Below the pieces are notes generated by a model, which saw nothing but the letters and a program-made list of their open reading frames with translations, had not been told where the DNA came from and searched no databases. Made by a program: the position numbers and the translations under genes. Shown here piece after piece: positions 24,956 through 36,785 of a DNA stretch of 64,000 nucleotides (position 1 is its first letter; each line of letters starts with the position of its first letter). The stretch is from Entomortierella parvispora E1425 (Eukaryota > Fungi > Mortierellomycota): contig BQFW01000009.1 of assembly GCA_020891255.1 (NCBI GenBank), positions 744,001-808,000 on the forward strand. The letters are read 5' to 3'.

Positions 24956-26341
24956 TTACACTCCTCCGAGGGAAAGAGTTGTGAGCTCGGGCAGACCCCC
25001 CGATGGTCCGTGGCCGTGATGACCACAGCCCCCGATTCGCTTTCGATTGCGGGATCTCCGTTGAGTCTTTGCTCTCCACCTTGATTTGGCACCATCACTC
25101 ATGTCCTCCTGCTCGATGGGAGATTCGTATGCATCTGAGGACCAGTGACCATCGAGGGTGAGTGCTTCCAGGTTTAGGCATCGCCATTCCGTATCGAAGA
25201 GCAGGGACTTTTGCTCCTCTGTGAATCGATAGTGGCTCTTGAAATGGAGGAATCGGAGGGCCGCAAAATCGGGCGATAGGACTGCTTGCAGCAGGAGTTC
25301 GGCTTCTCGGGAGGCCTTCTTGTACTCGAGGCACTCCAGTCTCAGACTCTGCAACGAGGTTGTCTCGAGCATCAACATGGACAATAAAGACTCGTCTACG
25401 GACCTGATGGAGGCATCCAGCGCCAACAATCCGTTGTGGTGGGGATCAGCGACGGCAATCGTGGCCGAGTATTTGGCATCCTTGTCCAAAGGCGAGCGAA
25501 CAACGAGGGTTCGGAGATGTGGGCAAAATCGGCGTGCCCAGGCCACTGCCTTTGTCAGGGATTGATCGTGGAAAATGGGTGGCATGCGCTCGGAATCGGG
25601 CATGGGCGCCACTAGCGCGAATTGCTCGAGGAATGGGCAGCATTGAATAAAGTGATCAAAGAAAAGCGAGTCGGTGGAGGGAATGAGCTCTTGTTCTTGA
25701 ATCCACTCCAGCTCTTTAATGGGAAGGGAGGTGATCGCAAAGGGGCCCTCAGACAGGTTGCTGATGTCTTTAGGGGTGGTAGTCAATGAAAGGGATTGGA
25801 GTCGGGGGAGACAGCACAGCATGTCCAGCAATTGTTGGTATTTCAACGTCGTCCAGTTTGCAAGGCGAAGGTGTGTGAGCGTGGGGCTGATGGATTGCAA
25901 GACTTGGGTGGTCTCGGGAAGGTCCTTGAAGACCGAATGCCACTCCAGGTGAGTAACTGTCCCGATCCTCTTCATCAGTTCGTAAATGATCTCGTTATTG
26001 CCAGCAAAAGAGATGCGTTTGACTTGGTTGAAGGAGGCGACCTCGGTCCATGAGGGTGATGCCGGTTGGATGCGGTAGTAGAGGGTTCGGAAGAAGAAGC
26101 TGTTCCTGGCAAGAACGTCCTCGGGGACATCATGCATGGAATCGTGACAGTACACTCGCCAGATGATTGGCAACAACGACTGATGCCAAGTCTTGCAGAC
26201 ACGGCTCAGACGAAGGAGTGCAGCTGGCTCGAACTTATAGTCAAAGTAGAAATGGTGGGACCAAAGGGGGATGAACTCGCCAATCAGGCTGACAATCTCT
26301 GGGATGGCGAGTGCGGGAGTGGTGGGTAGTTTCGAGACCAT
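24956..26341 (-). CDS. F-box protein with LRR-like body, single exon (~461 aa)
   Basis: ATG at 26341. F-box-like ALAIPEIVSLIGEFI...LLRLSRVCKTWHQSLLPIIW, repeated L-x-x-L-x-L strands, a W-x-C-x-x-LE motif and a C-terminal LPELTTLSLGGV. Confidence 0.85.
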   Translation of the reverse strand: MVSKLPTTPALAIPEIVSLIGEFIPLWSHHFYFDYKFEPAALLRLSRVCKTWHQSLLPIIWRVYCHDSMHDVPEDVLARNSFFFRTLYYRIQPASPSWTEVASFNQVKRISFAGNNEIIYELMKRIGTVTHLEWHSVFKDLPETTQVLQSISPTLTHLRLANWTTLKYQQLLDMLCCLPRLQSLSLTTTPKDISNLSEGPFAITSLPIKELEWIQEQELIPSTDSLFFDHFIQCCPFLEQFALVAPMPDSERMPPIFHDQSLTKAVAWARRFCPHLRTLVVRSPLDKDAKYSATIAVADPHHNGLLALDASIRSVDESLLSMLMLETTSLQSLRLECLEYKKASREAELLLQAVLSPDFAALRFLHFKSHYRFTEEQKSLLFDTEWRCLNLEALTLDGHWSSDAYESPIEQEDMSDGAKSRWRAKTQRRSRNRKRIGGCGHHGHGPSGGLPELTTLSLGGV

Positions 26342-28417
26342 ATTTTTGAATTTTTGCGAAAGTTTGAATGAAGAAAAGAAAAAAAAAAGGTGGAGATCGG
26401 ATCCTTTAAAAACAAGAAAGACCCTGGACAACCTTTTCTTTTGTTTGTTGACCCAGGTTCGGGCTCTACGCGTGTCGCGTCCAGCAAATTAGGGGGCCTG
26501 AAACCTAGGTGACTTGCGGTGTGCACTGCCACGCGAGACAGTACGTCGCGTCCAACTCATATGGGTTTCAATCCTAGGCAGTGCACTGCCACTGGAGTAA
26601 GCAAGGAACAAGCAGGATTTGGCATGCTTCGATGGTGGCGCCAAAAAAGCAACGGTAGTCACCCCCTGAGAAGAGGGGGTTGTCCTTGTAACTTTTGAGA
26701 ATGTTGGAATCCTCCCTCCAGACAAACATAGATCTGCAAGAGAATCATGGCGATCAGTGGAGAGAAAGTCCTCTTGGGTGTGTGAGTACCGCTGGGCAAG
26801 TGTAAGTATCGCTGAAGAGAGAGGTGTTGTGCCTCTGTGAGCTGACAATCACGCACGCGATTATCGAGGGTTGTTCCGAGGAAGCGGTCAATCGGGTCCG
26901 GAAGGACAGTCTACCTTTGCTTTCTGTGAACGTCAAAGCCGATTAAGTGAGGCAACTCTATGATCCCCAGTGCGGGAGAAAGCAAGCAGCAACCAAGGTC
27001 AACGCAAAGGCATGGGGGAGTGGTGCAACAAAGGGTGTGAGCCTGCTGTGCTTTTTTTCTGTCTTTTCTTTTTTTTTCTTGTCAGATGCGTTCTTTGCCT
27101 TTCGCCGAAAATGCGGGAAACGCTCCAAACAACGTTTATCCATGACATCTTTTTTTTCTCATCGACGCTTGAATGCCTTGCTATATTTACTGGGCGTTTC
27201 TCTTTATCCCTTTTCTGGCTTGTCTTTTGGACACAAAAAAAAAAAAATGTTGCGCAAAGCACACGTTTAACATTCACCAAAAAAGGTCAGTGCACAAAAT
27301 TTTTTTTTGTTCAGTGGCCTTTTCTGTGGGTAAAGCGCCAGCTTTTGAAACCCAAATGGACGGTTCCCAGTCGACCGAGCGCCATTTCTGCTGAAGAAAG
27401 TGAGGGAGAGAAAAAAAAGAAGGCTCTCTTTGGAGTTCGTTTATTTACATGATGGGTACCATTACGCCTTCAATGTGGATGTACTTGCTTTTTTTTCTTG
27501 CTTCCACTCCATTGTCCAGTCATCATTCCAGTGGTTCGTCTTGTGCCCATTGCCGATTATTTGTTTTCTGATCTACCCCCGCTATTTTTCTCGCTCTCGT
27601 GACTGAGGACGCTTTCATGCTGTCATTCAGTTTTACCGGCCCCCCAGATGTTAGATTCAAAGACGGAATGAAAAGGCAGGAATGTTCTTATCAACGCTCG
27701 CATTGCCTTTGTGTTTTTTGCATACATGTACCCTCTTCTTTGTTGTTGACATTGAAGTTATGGATTCATCTATGAGCACTTGGGATGAAAAGGACACTTT
27801 GGAGAAGCACAGTGCAATTTTGATCCGGAAGAGCAAGGTCCAAAGAAACAAAACGGTCTATCCGATCTGGCGATCGACGCCTCACTTGAAAGTACGTTCA
27901 TGATAGGTCGGACCCCAGATCTTGGACGAAAGGTGGTTTTGATTACAATAAGCTGAAAAGGCGAAGGCAAGCTCCAAAGATCCATGGACGGGGATGAATG
28001 GGAGGCACTGCTTAGAAGGCACCGACAAGGATGTACGCGACCTTCTGCCTTTTTTCAGTTTTTGTCAAGCTGTCTTCATTGCATCGCCCAATCTTTGTTT
28101 TCAAGGTACGTGGCAGTAGCATGGCAGTAGCTGTTGGCGCCATTCCGGTTGAGCGCCCAATCGGGCGTTCCGCACGGTGCCTTTCGAGCAAAAACAAAGC
28201 CAGAGTGCGTGGGAGACTCCAGAATGAGGGGTAAAAAATAAAAACGCGTCAGAAGACAGGACAGCCTGCAATTGGTGGCGACTATTAAGGGGTCCCCCAC
28301 GTTCTGATCCCGTGCTCCTTTCTCTTGGAGCATTGAGCACGAAACTTCTCCCGCCCCTTTGTCTGCAACGACGACATCACTCCCCCCAACCCTTTTACTC
28401 ATTACACCATCCTTCTC

Positions 28418-29732
28418 ATGGCTGTCCTCAGCGCCGAATGGGCCTCGACCCTAGTCGAGTTGCCAACCCTGACATTTCATCATGCCCTCTTGCCACTGAG
28501 CATCTTTTCAGCCCTGCACGGCATTCGTGTCTCGATGGCCTACCGTCAAGCCATCGAGGCCGCCGCAGCGCAATCCCTCAAGGACGGTTCCTCGCCTCCA
28601 AAGCCCACGCGCGTTCCTTGGGGCCAGGCCCTGTTGTCGGTCTTGGCCATGTCCCTCGGTGGCGGCTTCTCTGCCAGTAAGTTGGTTACTGTAGCTGTCG
28701 CGTGTCGCGTGTTTCCTTTTTTTTTTTTTTTATCGCGAAATTCACAAAAAAAATAAAATGGTGTTACTGACGACTCTGGAAATTCTAGGTATCCTTCTCG
28801 GCATGCCTCCGTCCTGGCTCGGCTCCAACGTCGTCGTGCCAACTTACGCCCTGTCCTTCTTCCTGATCCAGTACACCTTTGTCTATGATCTCATTGTCCA
28901 GACTATCCCTCCCGCGGTTCTGGACCCACTTTTGATTGTGGCAGATGGCTCCTTGCGTGCGTTGACTATTACCAAGTTGGGCGTGGATGGTTCCCGGATG
29001 CGGTTTGCCGCTGACGCCGGTAAAGGTGGAATGGTGCAGTCGGAGCCTTGGTTCGCCATGCTGCTCCTGGGTATGATTGCAGGCTCTGGTGGAGGCATGT
29101 GGGCCGATGTTTTGAAGTTGAAGAGCCATCAATGGACGTTGAGCGCCACGCCAGGCTGGGCCAAGGAGGCCACTTGGGATATGAAGGCGGCCTTGATCAG
29201 CGCCTTTTTCTATGCCGCCTCGACCTCCCCTCAGTTTTATGGATTGATGAACCGCGACACTGCTGGCGCTGCATTGACGAGCACCGGAGGCTTGTTGGAG
29301 ACGCAGGATGCGAAGGCCATGACCATGTTGTTGCTGTGCTCACTGTTGCTGGGAAAACAGGCAGACCAGTCGTCGGGCGTGTTCACTGGGTTGGTAAAGT
29401 CGTTCACTAGCAAGGCCGAGGCCCTGTCGAGTGCGTCTTTGAAAAAGTCCAAGAAGAGCCGACAGGAGGATGAGGACGAGAGCGTCGAATTGAACAAGAT
29501 TGACAAGGAGGACGACGATTCGTACTCATCCCTGAGACAACGCCGCCGAAAGGAGGACGACGATTTGGTCGTCGAGGACGACGAGGAGGAGGAGGTCAAG
29601 AAGGGAGGACGTGGTCGCAAAAAGAGTGTCGCTAGCAAGAAGAAGAAGGAGCCCAGCCCTTCTCCCGTGCCCTCTACCTCTACGCCCACACGTAGCACAC
29701 GTCTCCGACGAGCACCCCGTCAGGAACTTTGA
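28418..29732 (+). CDS. TRIC (TMEM38)-like trimeric intracellular cation channel homologue; 2 exons
   Basis: Intron 28677-28788 (GTAAGT...TTCTAG). The spliced protein has two internally repeated helix bundles with Gly-rich signatures (AMSLGGGFSASILLGMPP and WFAMLLLGMIAGSGGGMWAD), then W...MKAALISAFFY. The spacing resembles TMEM38 as recalled. Charged C-terminal tail. Confidence 0.65.
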
Positions 29733-29956
29733 ACTAGGAGCTTCCTCAATGTTTGTGCAGCGCAACTTTTCCTTTGTTTTCTTTATGTAGTTTATCTATT
29801 ATTTTTTTTCATTTGTTTTTCAGTGAATTAATTATATTTCGGATTACGATGGATTATGGATACGTGAAGGTGCTTTTTGCTGCTGCTTGTGTCCATCCCC
29901 TTATTCAAAAGCAACAACCAAGAAAGAAAGAAGGAAAAAATGCTAGAAAAAACCAC

Positions 29957-32900
29957 TTAATTATCTCCAACGCCACCTCGATGAGTAAAGGCAAGACTGA
30001 TGAAAATGATCAAAAAAATAAGGGCAAAAGTGACGACGGAGCAAATGAAAGCGCCCCTGGATGGACCTGGCACAGACTGGTCCGTGAAGAGATCAAAAAG
30101 TTCTGGCAATCTCGGTCCAGTGGACAAGACAAAAGTCGACGTTTCATTGTTCAGGGACTTCATCACTCGGATGGTACATTTCCGTCGACGGAGGCTCCTT
30201 GGGAATGAAGACGAAGAAGTATCGTCGTCGCCTGTCCTGCGATTTGATTGTCGAGGGCCGTCATGAGGATGATGAGGATGATGATGATGATGATGGAGGT
30301 GGTGGTGTTGGTGGTGGTGGTGCACATCGTGGTCAAGATCGTCCACGGTAGGTGCAATTGAAGATGCACGTGAGGATGAGAAAGCGACAGAAGACCTCTG
30401 GCGCCTATGACTAGAGGCATGTCCTCCGTTACCGGGACCATAATATCCGCTTGAAGCCCCTCCTGTTGTATTCATTGCATCTCGGAATGATGGTGCGGGT
30501 GTGTCCATATCTGAGAGCGGGTATCTGGATGATGAGGCATATGATCGACCACTTGGGACTGGTCGGATCACAGGTCCCGGCCCACTCATGGTAGAAGAGC
30601 GGACAGGTCCTCCTGTCGCTGCAGAGACATCTGTCATGAAGGTATTCCCGTTGTTTGAAGTCACAGAGGATGAGCGATCGGAGCGTACCAGAGGAACAAA
30701 AGGCGCTGGACTGGATTGGGACGAATCAAGAACAGACTGGTAGGTGGGCGAGGTGACATATCCTTCACCACTGTCTTGCTGGTGATGACTGCTTCCCGAG
30801 ATATTAGGGCCAGAATAACCTTGGAACTCGTCCACCTCTTCTTCGTCAGCTTCTTCAGTGATCCAAACCTCGGCGACAGGTCCTCCTTTGACGCGTTGCC
30901 CCATCACTAGGGAGTCGTCCCTGACCAATTGGAAGAATCTGGATTTGGTCTTTCGTGGCATTGGCGGGAGTTGAGGAGGTGGGGTCATGGGTAGTGGGGG
31001 CGGAGGAGGTGTTGTTGAGGAGCGCGGGCGGATTGATGTCATTCCAAACTGAGAACTTTGGTCCTCAGAGACGCCATCTACAAAATCCTGTCCACCATCC
31101 GAATGGAATGATATTGGAGGCGGTGAGTCAGCTGGCGGCGGTGGTGACAAAAGTGAGAGGTTCTGCTGCTGCTGCTGCTGTTGTTGTTGCATGAGAAGTT
31201 CTGCTTCTGCTGCGATGACCTCTTCCTCTCTCCATGCGTAATATAAACCTCTGACACGCATCGTGATCTCCATCGATTGTCGATGTTGTGTCGACTCCAA
31301 GCTCAAGTACCTCTTCCAGCGGGCGACCAGTCCTAAATTCTTTGTCGCTTTGCTAACTTCGTCATCCAAGCCCAGTTCTTTTCTCCGCTGTTTCTCCAAG
31401 CGTCGCTTCTTCTTGTTCTCTTTGGTCCTGTAGTCCAATCGAGTTCGCCACCACATCATCACTTCCTCCATTGGACCTTCCTGTCGACAGCGCTGCAGAT
31501 TAGATTCATGATGAGTCGACCACCAGATCCAAGTTTGAGGATCATCTGCAGTGACAAATGCAAAGCTCGGGTGCTTGAAAAACTCTGAAGTCAAGGCATT
31601 GTTGAAGGCGTTGTTTCGCTGTACTGCTCCATGGCCCCCTGCCGACGCCGTAGGGCTAATGATCGCCTGGAGATTATGAGCCAAAACCGCGTCCGCCTCT
31701 TCACCTGCGTACCCGTCATTAATGTGTACATGCTGGACGGAAGGAAGTGTCGTCCGGACAATCGTTCCAGGTGGCGCCAAAGAGGGGGGCCGTGAGGGGT
31801 GTTCCGTCTCCTCTAGCGAGGGATTGATTTGATGCACTGAAGATGGCGGCTCTAAGCCAACGTTTTCACTGCCATGAGAAGTCGTTCCTTCAGTTCCAAC
31901 AGGGCTAGCCGCTACTTCTGCTTGAGCTGCAATTACTGGAGGTGACTGCACCACGTCGCTATCAGTCGTGGACACTTGTGCCTCCGTCGCGGGCGCTGTT
32001 GAGGAGGAAGGTGTTGGTGCCATGACTGCAGCTGAGAAAGAAGGCTGTGTGCGTCGGAACAACCTATGTTGTCTGGAGAGCTGATTTACATGTGAAGAGT
32101 TGACTGTGGGCCATCCTGTACCGGCTTGTCTTCGAGTCAAAGGTGGAGGCCGTCCTCGGATGTGTCCAACAGGAACGCGTTCCATTATTCCATCTCCATC
32201 ATCCTGCTCTTCCTCACCAATGCCGTCGCCAGGATGATGATTCATGAGGTGGCCATTTTCAGAAATACCGTCCATAGCCACAACAACTGCCGTTTCGTCC
32301 CTCGTACTAGAATCACTCCTAATGATTGGCGATTGTTGAGAATCGGAGCCTGTTACTGGAGGTGGTGATAAAGGCTGACTCTGACTGGATAGTTGTCGAG
32401 CGTGTTGTTGCGAATGTGGCGCTGAAGAGCTGAGTCCACTCAAAAGTGAGGTACCTGGGGTAGAGGTTCTATTCCCGTTCCTGGACCTACTCCTCCCGGA
32501 CGAGATCGAGGTTCGTGGTAGAGCCGATGGCGCTGCAGCTTCAATCTGTCCACTGTTCGCGTCGGGAGCCATTGTGGAACGCAGTGCACTTGGAGTAGGC
32601 TCAATCGTGGCGGTTGCCATAAGACTCCTTGTCTCTTGTACGTCCGTAGTGCGAGGCACCAGGCTTGTGGTTGCGGAGTGTTTAGGATCCATGAGATACA
32701 GCAGATACATTATCGTGTCTTCCACCCAGTACTCCAATGTCCAGGGTCTCTCGGACTGCGCTCCTTGACGGAGTCGTGGTGAGGATAACAGGGGGGATCC
32801 AATCGGCACCTGTAATAGTGGTCCTGGTCCAGCAGCCTGTAGCGATAGTGAAGGCTCCCTATCTAGCCGCATTTCAGCAGAACTGGATGACGATGAGACC

Positions 32901-34204
32901 GGATTCGGGTGAATGGGTGAGTCCTCGTGGCTCAACCTCCCGGCACGACGTAAATCATCCTCATGTTCCTGTGGCTGTTGAAACTCGTCAGGTCCTTGGC
33001 TGGGGATGACTGTATAAGTGATACTCTGCACTGCTGGGATCTTGAAGGGCAATCCTTGTTCTGGTAAAGACATGTACTCTGGCAGCTCGTCCTCTTCCAG
33101 AAAGGGGCGTCTGAACATGGCCAACGGCATGGCTGCGGAAGAGGTTGAGGGTAGAAGAGTAGGATCGTCATCGCCATTGTCCCTTCCTGTATCCATGTCA
33201 GAGCCATTAGGCAGTACCCCGGGTGCTCTTTCTCTACTCCAGAGGGAAGGGGGACTCCTCCAAGACAGAGAGGATGATGTAGGTCGCACGCCTTCAAGAT
33301 TGGGGTTATTGCTTTGTTGAGAGAGGGCTGACAGTCTAGCGTGGTAAGCTGATGTTCCTGGTCCTGGATCCACGCCATTCTCGAGCCCTGCTATGCCTGA
33401 TCCAAACAGAGACGAGCGGTGATATTGGTATTGGTGCACAGAAGAATTTCCGGAAAGGACTGCAGATGCTGGCATGGTTGAGGAATTTATCAATTGCGGT
33501 GGGTCATCGTCTGCCGTGTAAACAGGCGGGTCTACTGAGTTCTCCTGAGTAATTGTGTCGGAGACATCGATGGTGACTGAGAGCGGACGAGCAACACGTT
33601 GAGGCGAGCTTGAGGAGGACTGGAAGGATGGGGAAAGGCAGCCTTTCGCTGAATGAGATATGGGCGGAGCATTATGACCCCGCTCTCCTGAAAATTGATC
33701 CAGACTGATTCTCGAGGGAGGCCTTGTGGAAGGTGCTGCGGTGGCCGTCGCTGTCGTTGTGGCCGCCTGAGTTGATGCCTCAACTGACGCCGATGGCGAA
33801 GTACAGCGAGGAAGCACTGCCGATGGCGGGGTCGGCACTGTGGTAGAAAACGTTCCGAGGGGCGAGGACACTGTGGATTCTTGTGGTAAATGGGCGGGCA
33901 AGGCCGAGACCGTGATGAAGTTGGAAGAAACCGCTCTCAGTTCTTTTTGATTCTCTTCATTAGTGTAACCAGAGGCGTTATTGGTGTTGTGACCAGGTGG
34001 AAGCGTCTGCCCCTCTAATTGAGTGCCAGGCTCGGCGACCTCTTGCGTAGTGGGTGTTGATAAAGGTGTGGTCGACGAGGATGACGAAGAGGTAGACGAA
34101 GTGACGAGAGAGGAAGTCACTGGAATGGTGGATTCAGGAGCTGTAACAGAAGCAACTGACGTTGCAGCAGTTGTCGAAACAGTCGATGAATCTGGAGACA
34201 GCAT
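29957..34204 (-). CDS. Large low-complexity uncharacterised protein (1415 aa) with PY motifs and a C-terminal hydrophobic helix
   Basis: Uninterrupted 4.2-kb ORF, S/P/T-rich, with polyQ and polyH tracts, PPVY and LPEY motifs, and aromatic-rich ordered islands (PWTLEYWVEDTIMYLLYLMDP; FFKHPSFAF...WIWWSTHH). Confidence 0.85.
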   Translation of the reverse strand: MLSPDSSTVSTTAATSVASVTAPESTIPVTSSLVTSSTSSSSSSTTPLSTPTTQEVAEPGTQLEGQTLPPGHNTNNASGYTNEENQKELRAVSSNFITVSALPAHLPQESTVSSPLGTFSTTVPTPPSAVLPRCTSPSASVEASTQAATTTATATAAPSTRPPSRISLDQFSGERGHNAPPISHSAKGCLSPSFQSSSSSPQRVARPLSVTIDVSDTITQENSVDPPVYTADDDPPQLINSSTMPASAVLSGNSSVHQYQYHRSSLFGSGIAGLENGVDPGPGTSAYHARLSALSQQSNNPNLEGVRPTSSSLSWRSPPSLWSRERAPGVLPNGSDMDTGRDNGDDDPTLLPSTSSAAMPLAMFRRPFLEEDELPEYMSLPEQGLPFKIPAVQSITYTVIPSQGPDEFQQPQEHEDDLRRAGRLSHEDSPIHPNPVSSSSSSAEMRLDREPSLSLQAAGPGPLLQVPIGSPLLSSPRLRQGAQSERPWTLEYWVEDTIMYLLYLMDPKHSATTSLVPRTTDVQETRSLMATATIEPTPSALRSTMAPDANSGQIEAAAPSALPRTSISSGRSRSRNGNRTSTPGTSLLSGLSSSAPHSQQHARQLSSQSQPLSPPPVTGSDSQQSPIIRSDSSTRDETAVVVAMDGISENGHLMNHHPGDGIGEEEQDDGDGIMERVPVGHIRGRPPPLTRRQAGTGWPTVNSSHVNQLSRQHRLFRRTQPSFSAAVMAPTPSSSTAPATEAQVSTTDSDVVQSPPVIAAQAEVAASPVGTEGTTSHGSENVGLEPPSSVHQINPSLEETEHPSRPPSLAPPGTIVRTTLPSVQHVHINDGYAGEEADAVLAHNLQAIISPTASAGGHGAVQRNNAFNNALTSEFFKHPSFAFVTADDPQTWIWWSTHHESNLQRCRQEGPMEEVMMWWRTRLDYRTKENKKKRRLEKQRRKELGLDDEVSKATKNLGLVARWKRYLSLESTQHRQSMEITMRVRGLYYAWREEEVIAAEAELLMQQQQQQQQQNLSLLSPPPPADSPPPISFHSDGGQDFVDGVSEDQSSQFGMTSIRPRSSTTPPPPPLPMTPPPQLPPMPRKTKSRFFQLVRDDSLVMGQRVKGGPVAEVWITEEADEEEVDEFQGYSGPNISGSSHHQQDSGEGYVTSPTYQSVLDSSQSSPAPFVPLVRSDRSSSVTSNNGNTFMTDVSAATGGPVRSSTMSGPGPVIRPVPSGRSYASSSRYPLSDMDTPAPSFRDAMNTTGGASSGYYGPGNGGHASSHRRQRSSVAFSSSRASSIAPTVDDLDHDVHHHHQHHHLHHHHHHPHHPHDGPRQSNRRTGDDDTSSSSFPRSLRRRKCTIRVMKSLNNETSTFVLSTGPRLPELFDLFTDQSVPGPSRGAFICSVVTFALIFLIIFISLAFTHRGGVGDN

Positions 34205-36785
34205 TCCTGTATGCGTTTTTGCTTATTCCTGAGACGATAACGCCGATTGAATGTCGCAAGATCCCACGGACGTGCGTGTTCCCGCTGCTTTTACTATTGA
34301 TAATAAGTTGCATGATGCAGGAGTGAAGAGATGACAGGTCGATGTGCACGAGGATACAAAAAAAAAGTATTAAAAAAAAGATAGCACGAGATGAAAAGAC
34401 GAGCTGAGGTCAGTCAAAGATAAAGTCGTTCGTTGGGCGAAGTCGAATGAGTCCAGTTTCAGGGTCAGCAGTTCAAGGCGGGAGCAGGGATGATGTACCT
34501 TGTCAAAGGGAGGGGATGAGTAAACGGATGCGATCCGCGACGAGGACGAGTATCGGCAAGGAAAATGAGAGGGATTGACGGTGGGGTATGAGCAGGAGCA
34601 GAGGTGCGGACAAGAGGGAAGACAACTGAGGAGAGGAAAGGGACAGATAGAAGAAACAAATGCGCAAGAAGGGGGGGGGTTCCAGTCAGGAGAAGGGGTT
34701 TCCAGTCAATGGCAACAAAAGAGTGAGGGAGGAGGAAGAAAGGACGGGAAGGACCCTTGGTGTGTGGAGGAGGAGGAGCTAGGGAGGAGGGCAAGAATGA
34801 GGGAGATTGGCCATGCATGCACACATACACACACACACACACACATACACCGAGGGACAGATTACAGAGATGGATGAAGGGATGAAAGGAAAAGGATGAT
34901 GAACAGCGAAGGCCCATGGACCGCAGCGTGCTCTTTTTTTTCTTTTTTGCTGCCGTGAGAACGACAGTCGACAGGTGCATCGTTGTGCAGATTGTATCCT
35001 TGTGTGTGTGCTTGTTTGTATATCCTTGCCTTGCTTGCTTGTGACAGTGACCACCGTCCAAAGACAGCCAACGATAGGCACAGGACCCTCTCTCGGCCTG
35101 ACTGCCAGCGAATAGCTCGGCTCCCTTGTTTCTTCGTTGCTTTGTGTCTGTGCCCTCTTTTTCTCTCTTCTCTCTCTTCTCTCTCTCTCTTTCTCTCTTT
35201 TCTCTTGGCTCTGTCTCCTGTCCTGCATTCACATCCATTCGCCCATCTTCTCTCTCTTTAATCCCCCTTCCTTCCATCAGCACTGCACATGCACATGCAC
35301 ATGCACGACTGTCTCACACGTAGTTACAAGGATAGAACCAGCAGCGTCGACTTGTATCTGTACAGATCACACATGTCCTTTCTGCCTGCCAGATATGAAC
35401 TGTGGATTGCATGAGGTCGAGCTTTACAGACCGACCATGCCATTCTACCGCCTCTTGTCGAGTTATCGGTGCCATTAAAGCAATTCTACACCTTTATCTC
35501 AGCGTTGGTAAATCCGGCATTTTGCTCGCTGCTTCCAGTCTTGCATTCAACATCAAGTTCCATCAGAATTTACTTCAGGTTCTCTGTTGTGCCCGATCCA
35601 CTAGCTATTTCCCGTAACGGCATGCGATACTGACGAGCATCACATGCACGGGCATCGATCAGGGTAAAACAAGAACTCAACATCCACTCAATTCAAAGTC
35701 ATGATATTAGGGTCATTGTAGCCAAGACAGATAACCCGATCCCGCCGAGGGTATTTTGGCGCGACCATTAAAGACGCTGACAGTACGACTCGTCTCATGG
35801 TCATGTATCACCTTGAGGATATAACTACTAGCTGAAGGGCGATAGTGGTGGACATCGAAGGTGATTAGATTCGGAAGATATATTGCCTTCTAGTACTTGC
35901 AATAAATTACTTTCCCATTCGATCTCATGCATCATACTTTAGCATGGGCGGTTGGGGAACTGCAGATCAATGAAGGCCACGAGGCAAAGGTTGGAAATAG
36001 ATCGTTATGATTTATTAATAGTTGGCAGAATAGGCAATGGGGTGAATCTTTGTGTCGAAAAGCGCGCGTTTCTTGTCGCGTCCTAGTCGCGTCGACCAGA
36101 ACCAAGGGCCGGATTCCCCAGACTTCTTGATCTGATAACGGAAATAGCAGATTAAAAGACGCTTCAGAAAAGGACGTTACTATTGGCGAAGTATTTCTCC
36201 TCCCTCACATTGCTGCACAGAATCGGTGAGTGAACTTCCTGGATCATGATCACTTTTCAGTCTGCGTGCGGCACAAACACGGCTGTTCACCGAACATCTG
36301 TTCAACTTCATTGTTCACCTAGTTCATAGTGGCTATGGTCCAACTCTAAGAAAGGTACATATCGGTCGAAATTATTGGGTGGCGATACATGATAACGACT
36401 TCCTTGGTTGAGTTTTTGCTGGCAAATATCAAACTTCATGATACCGAGTCGAAGAACTGAGTCCGATGAAGAGTGGACACAATCGAACGATGCCAGGCCG
36501 CATGATGCCAGGCCGTGTGATGCCGGCTTGCAGATCTTTTCTTGGGTGATGATCTCTGTCGTTGTCCTATTCCATGGTCTTCAATAGGATTGGTACTGCT
36601 CAGTGACCCAAGTGGGCCCTCTCCAAAGGCAAGTTCTTAGTTTAGTACTAGAGCTACTCTGAAGCAACCCACCGTATTGGTGGGAGGCTCCGTTGCAGCT
36701 GTCTATTTGCTCGACTCAAGTGCTACTGCCAGACAAGAGCTTCAAGAGCTTTCATATGTTGTAGCAAGCGATACGTGCTTGTTCA

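Noticed and set aside
35400-36780. Degenerate transposon or gene remnant left of the palindrome
   Set aside because: All frames I translated are stop-ridden, with no transposase, RT or other recognisable motif.
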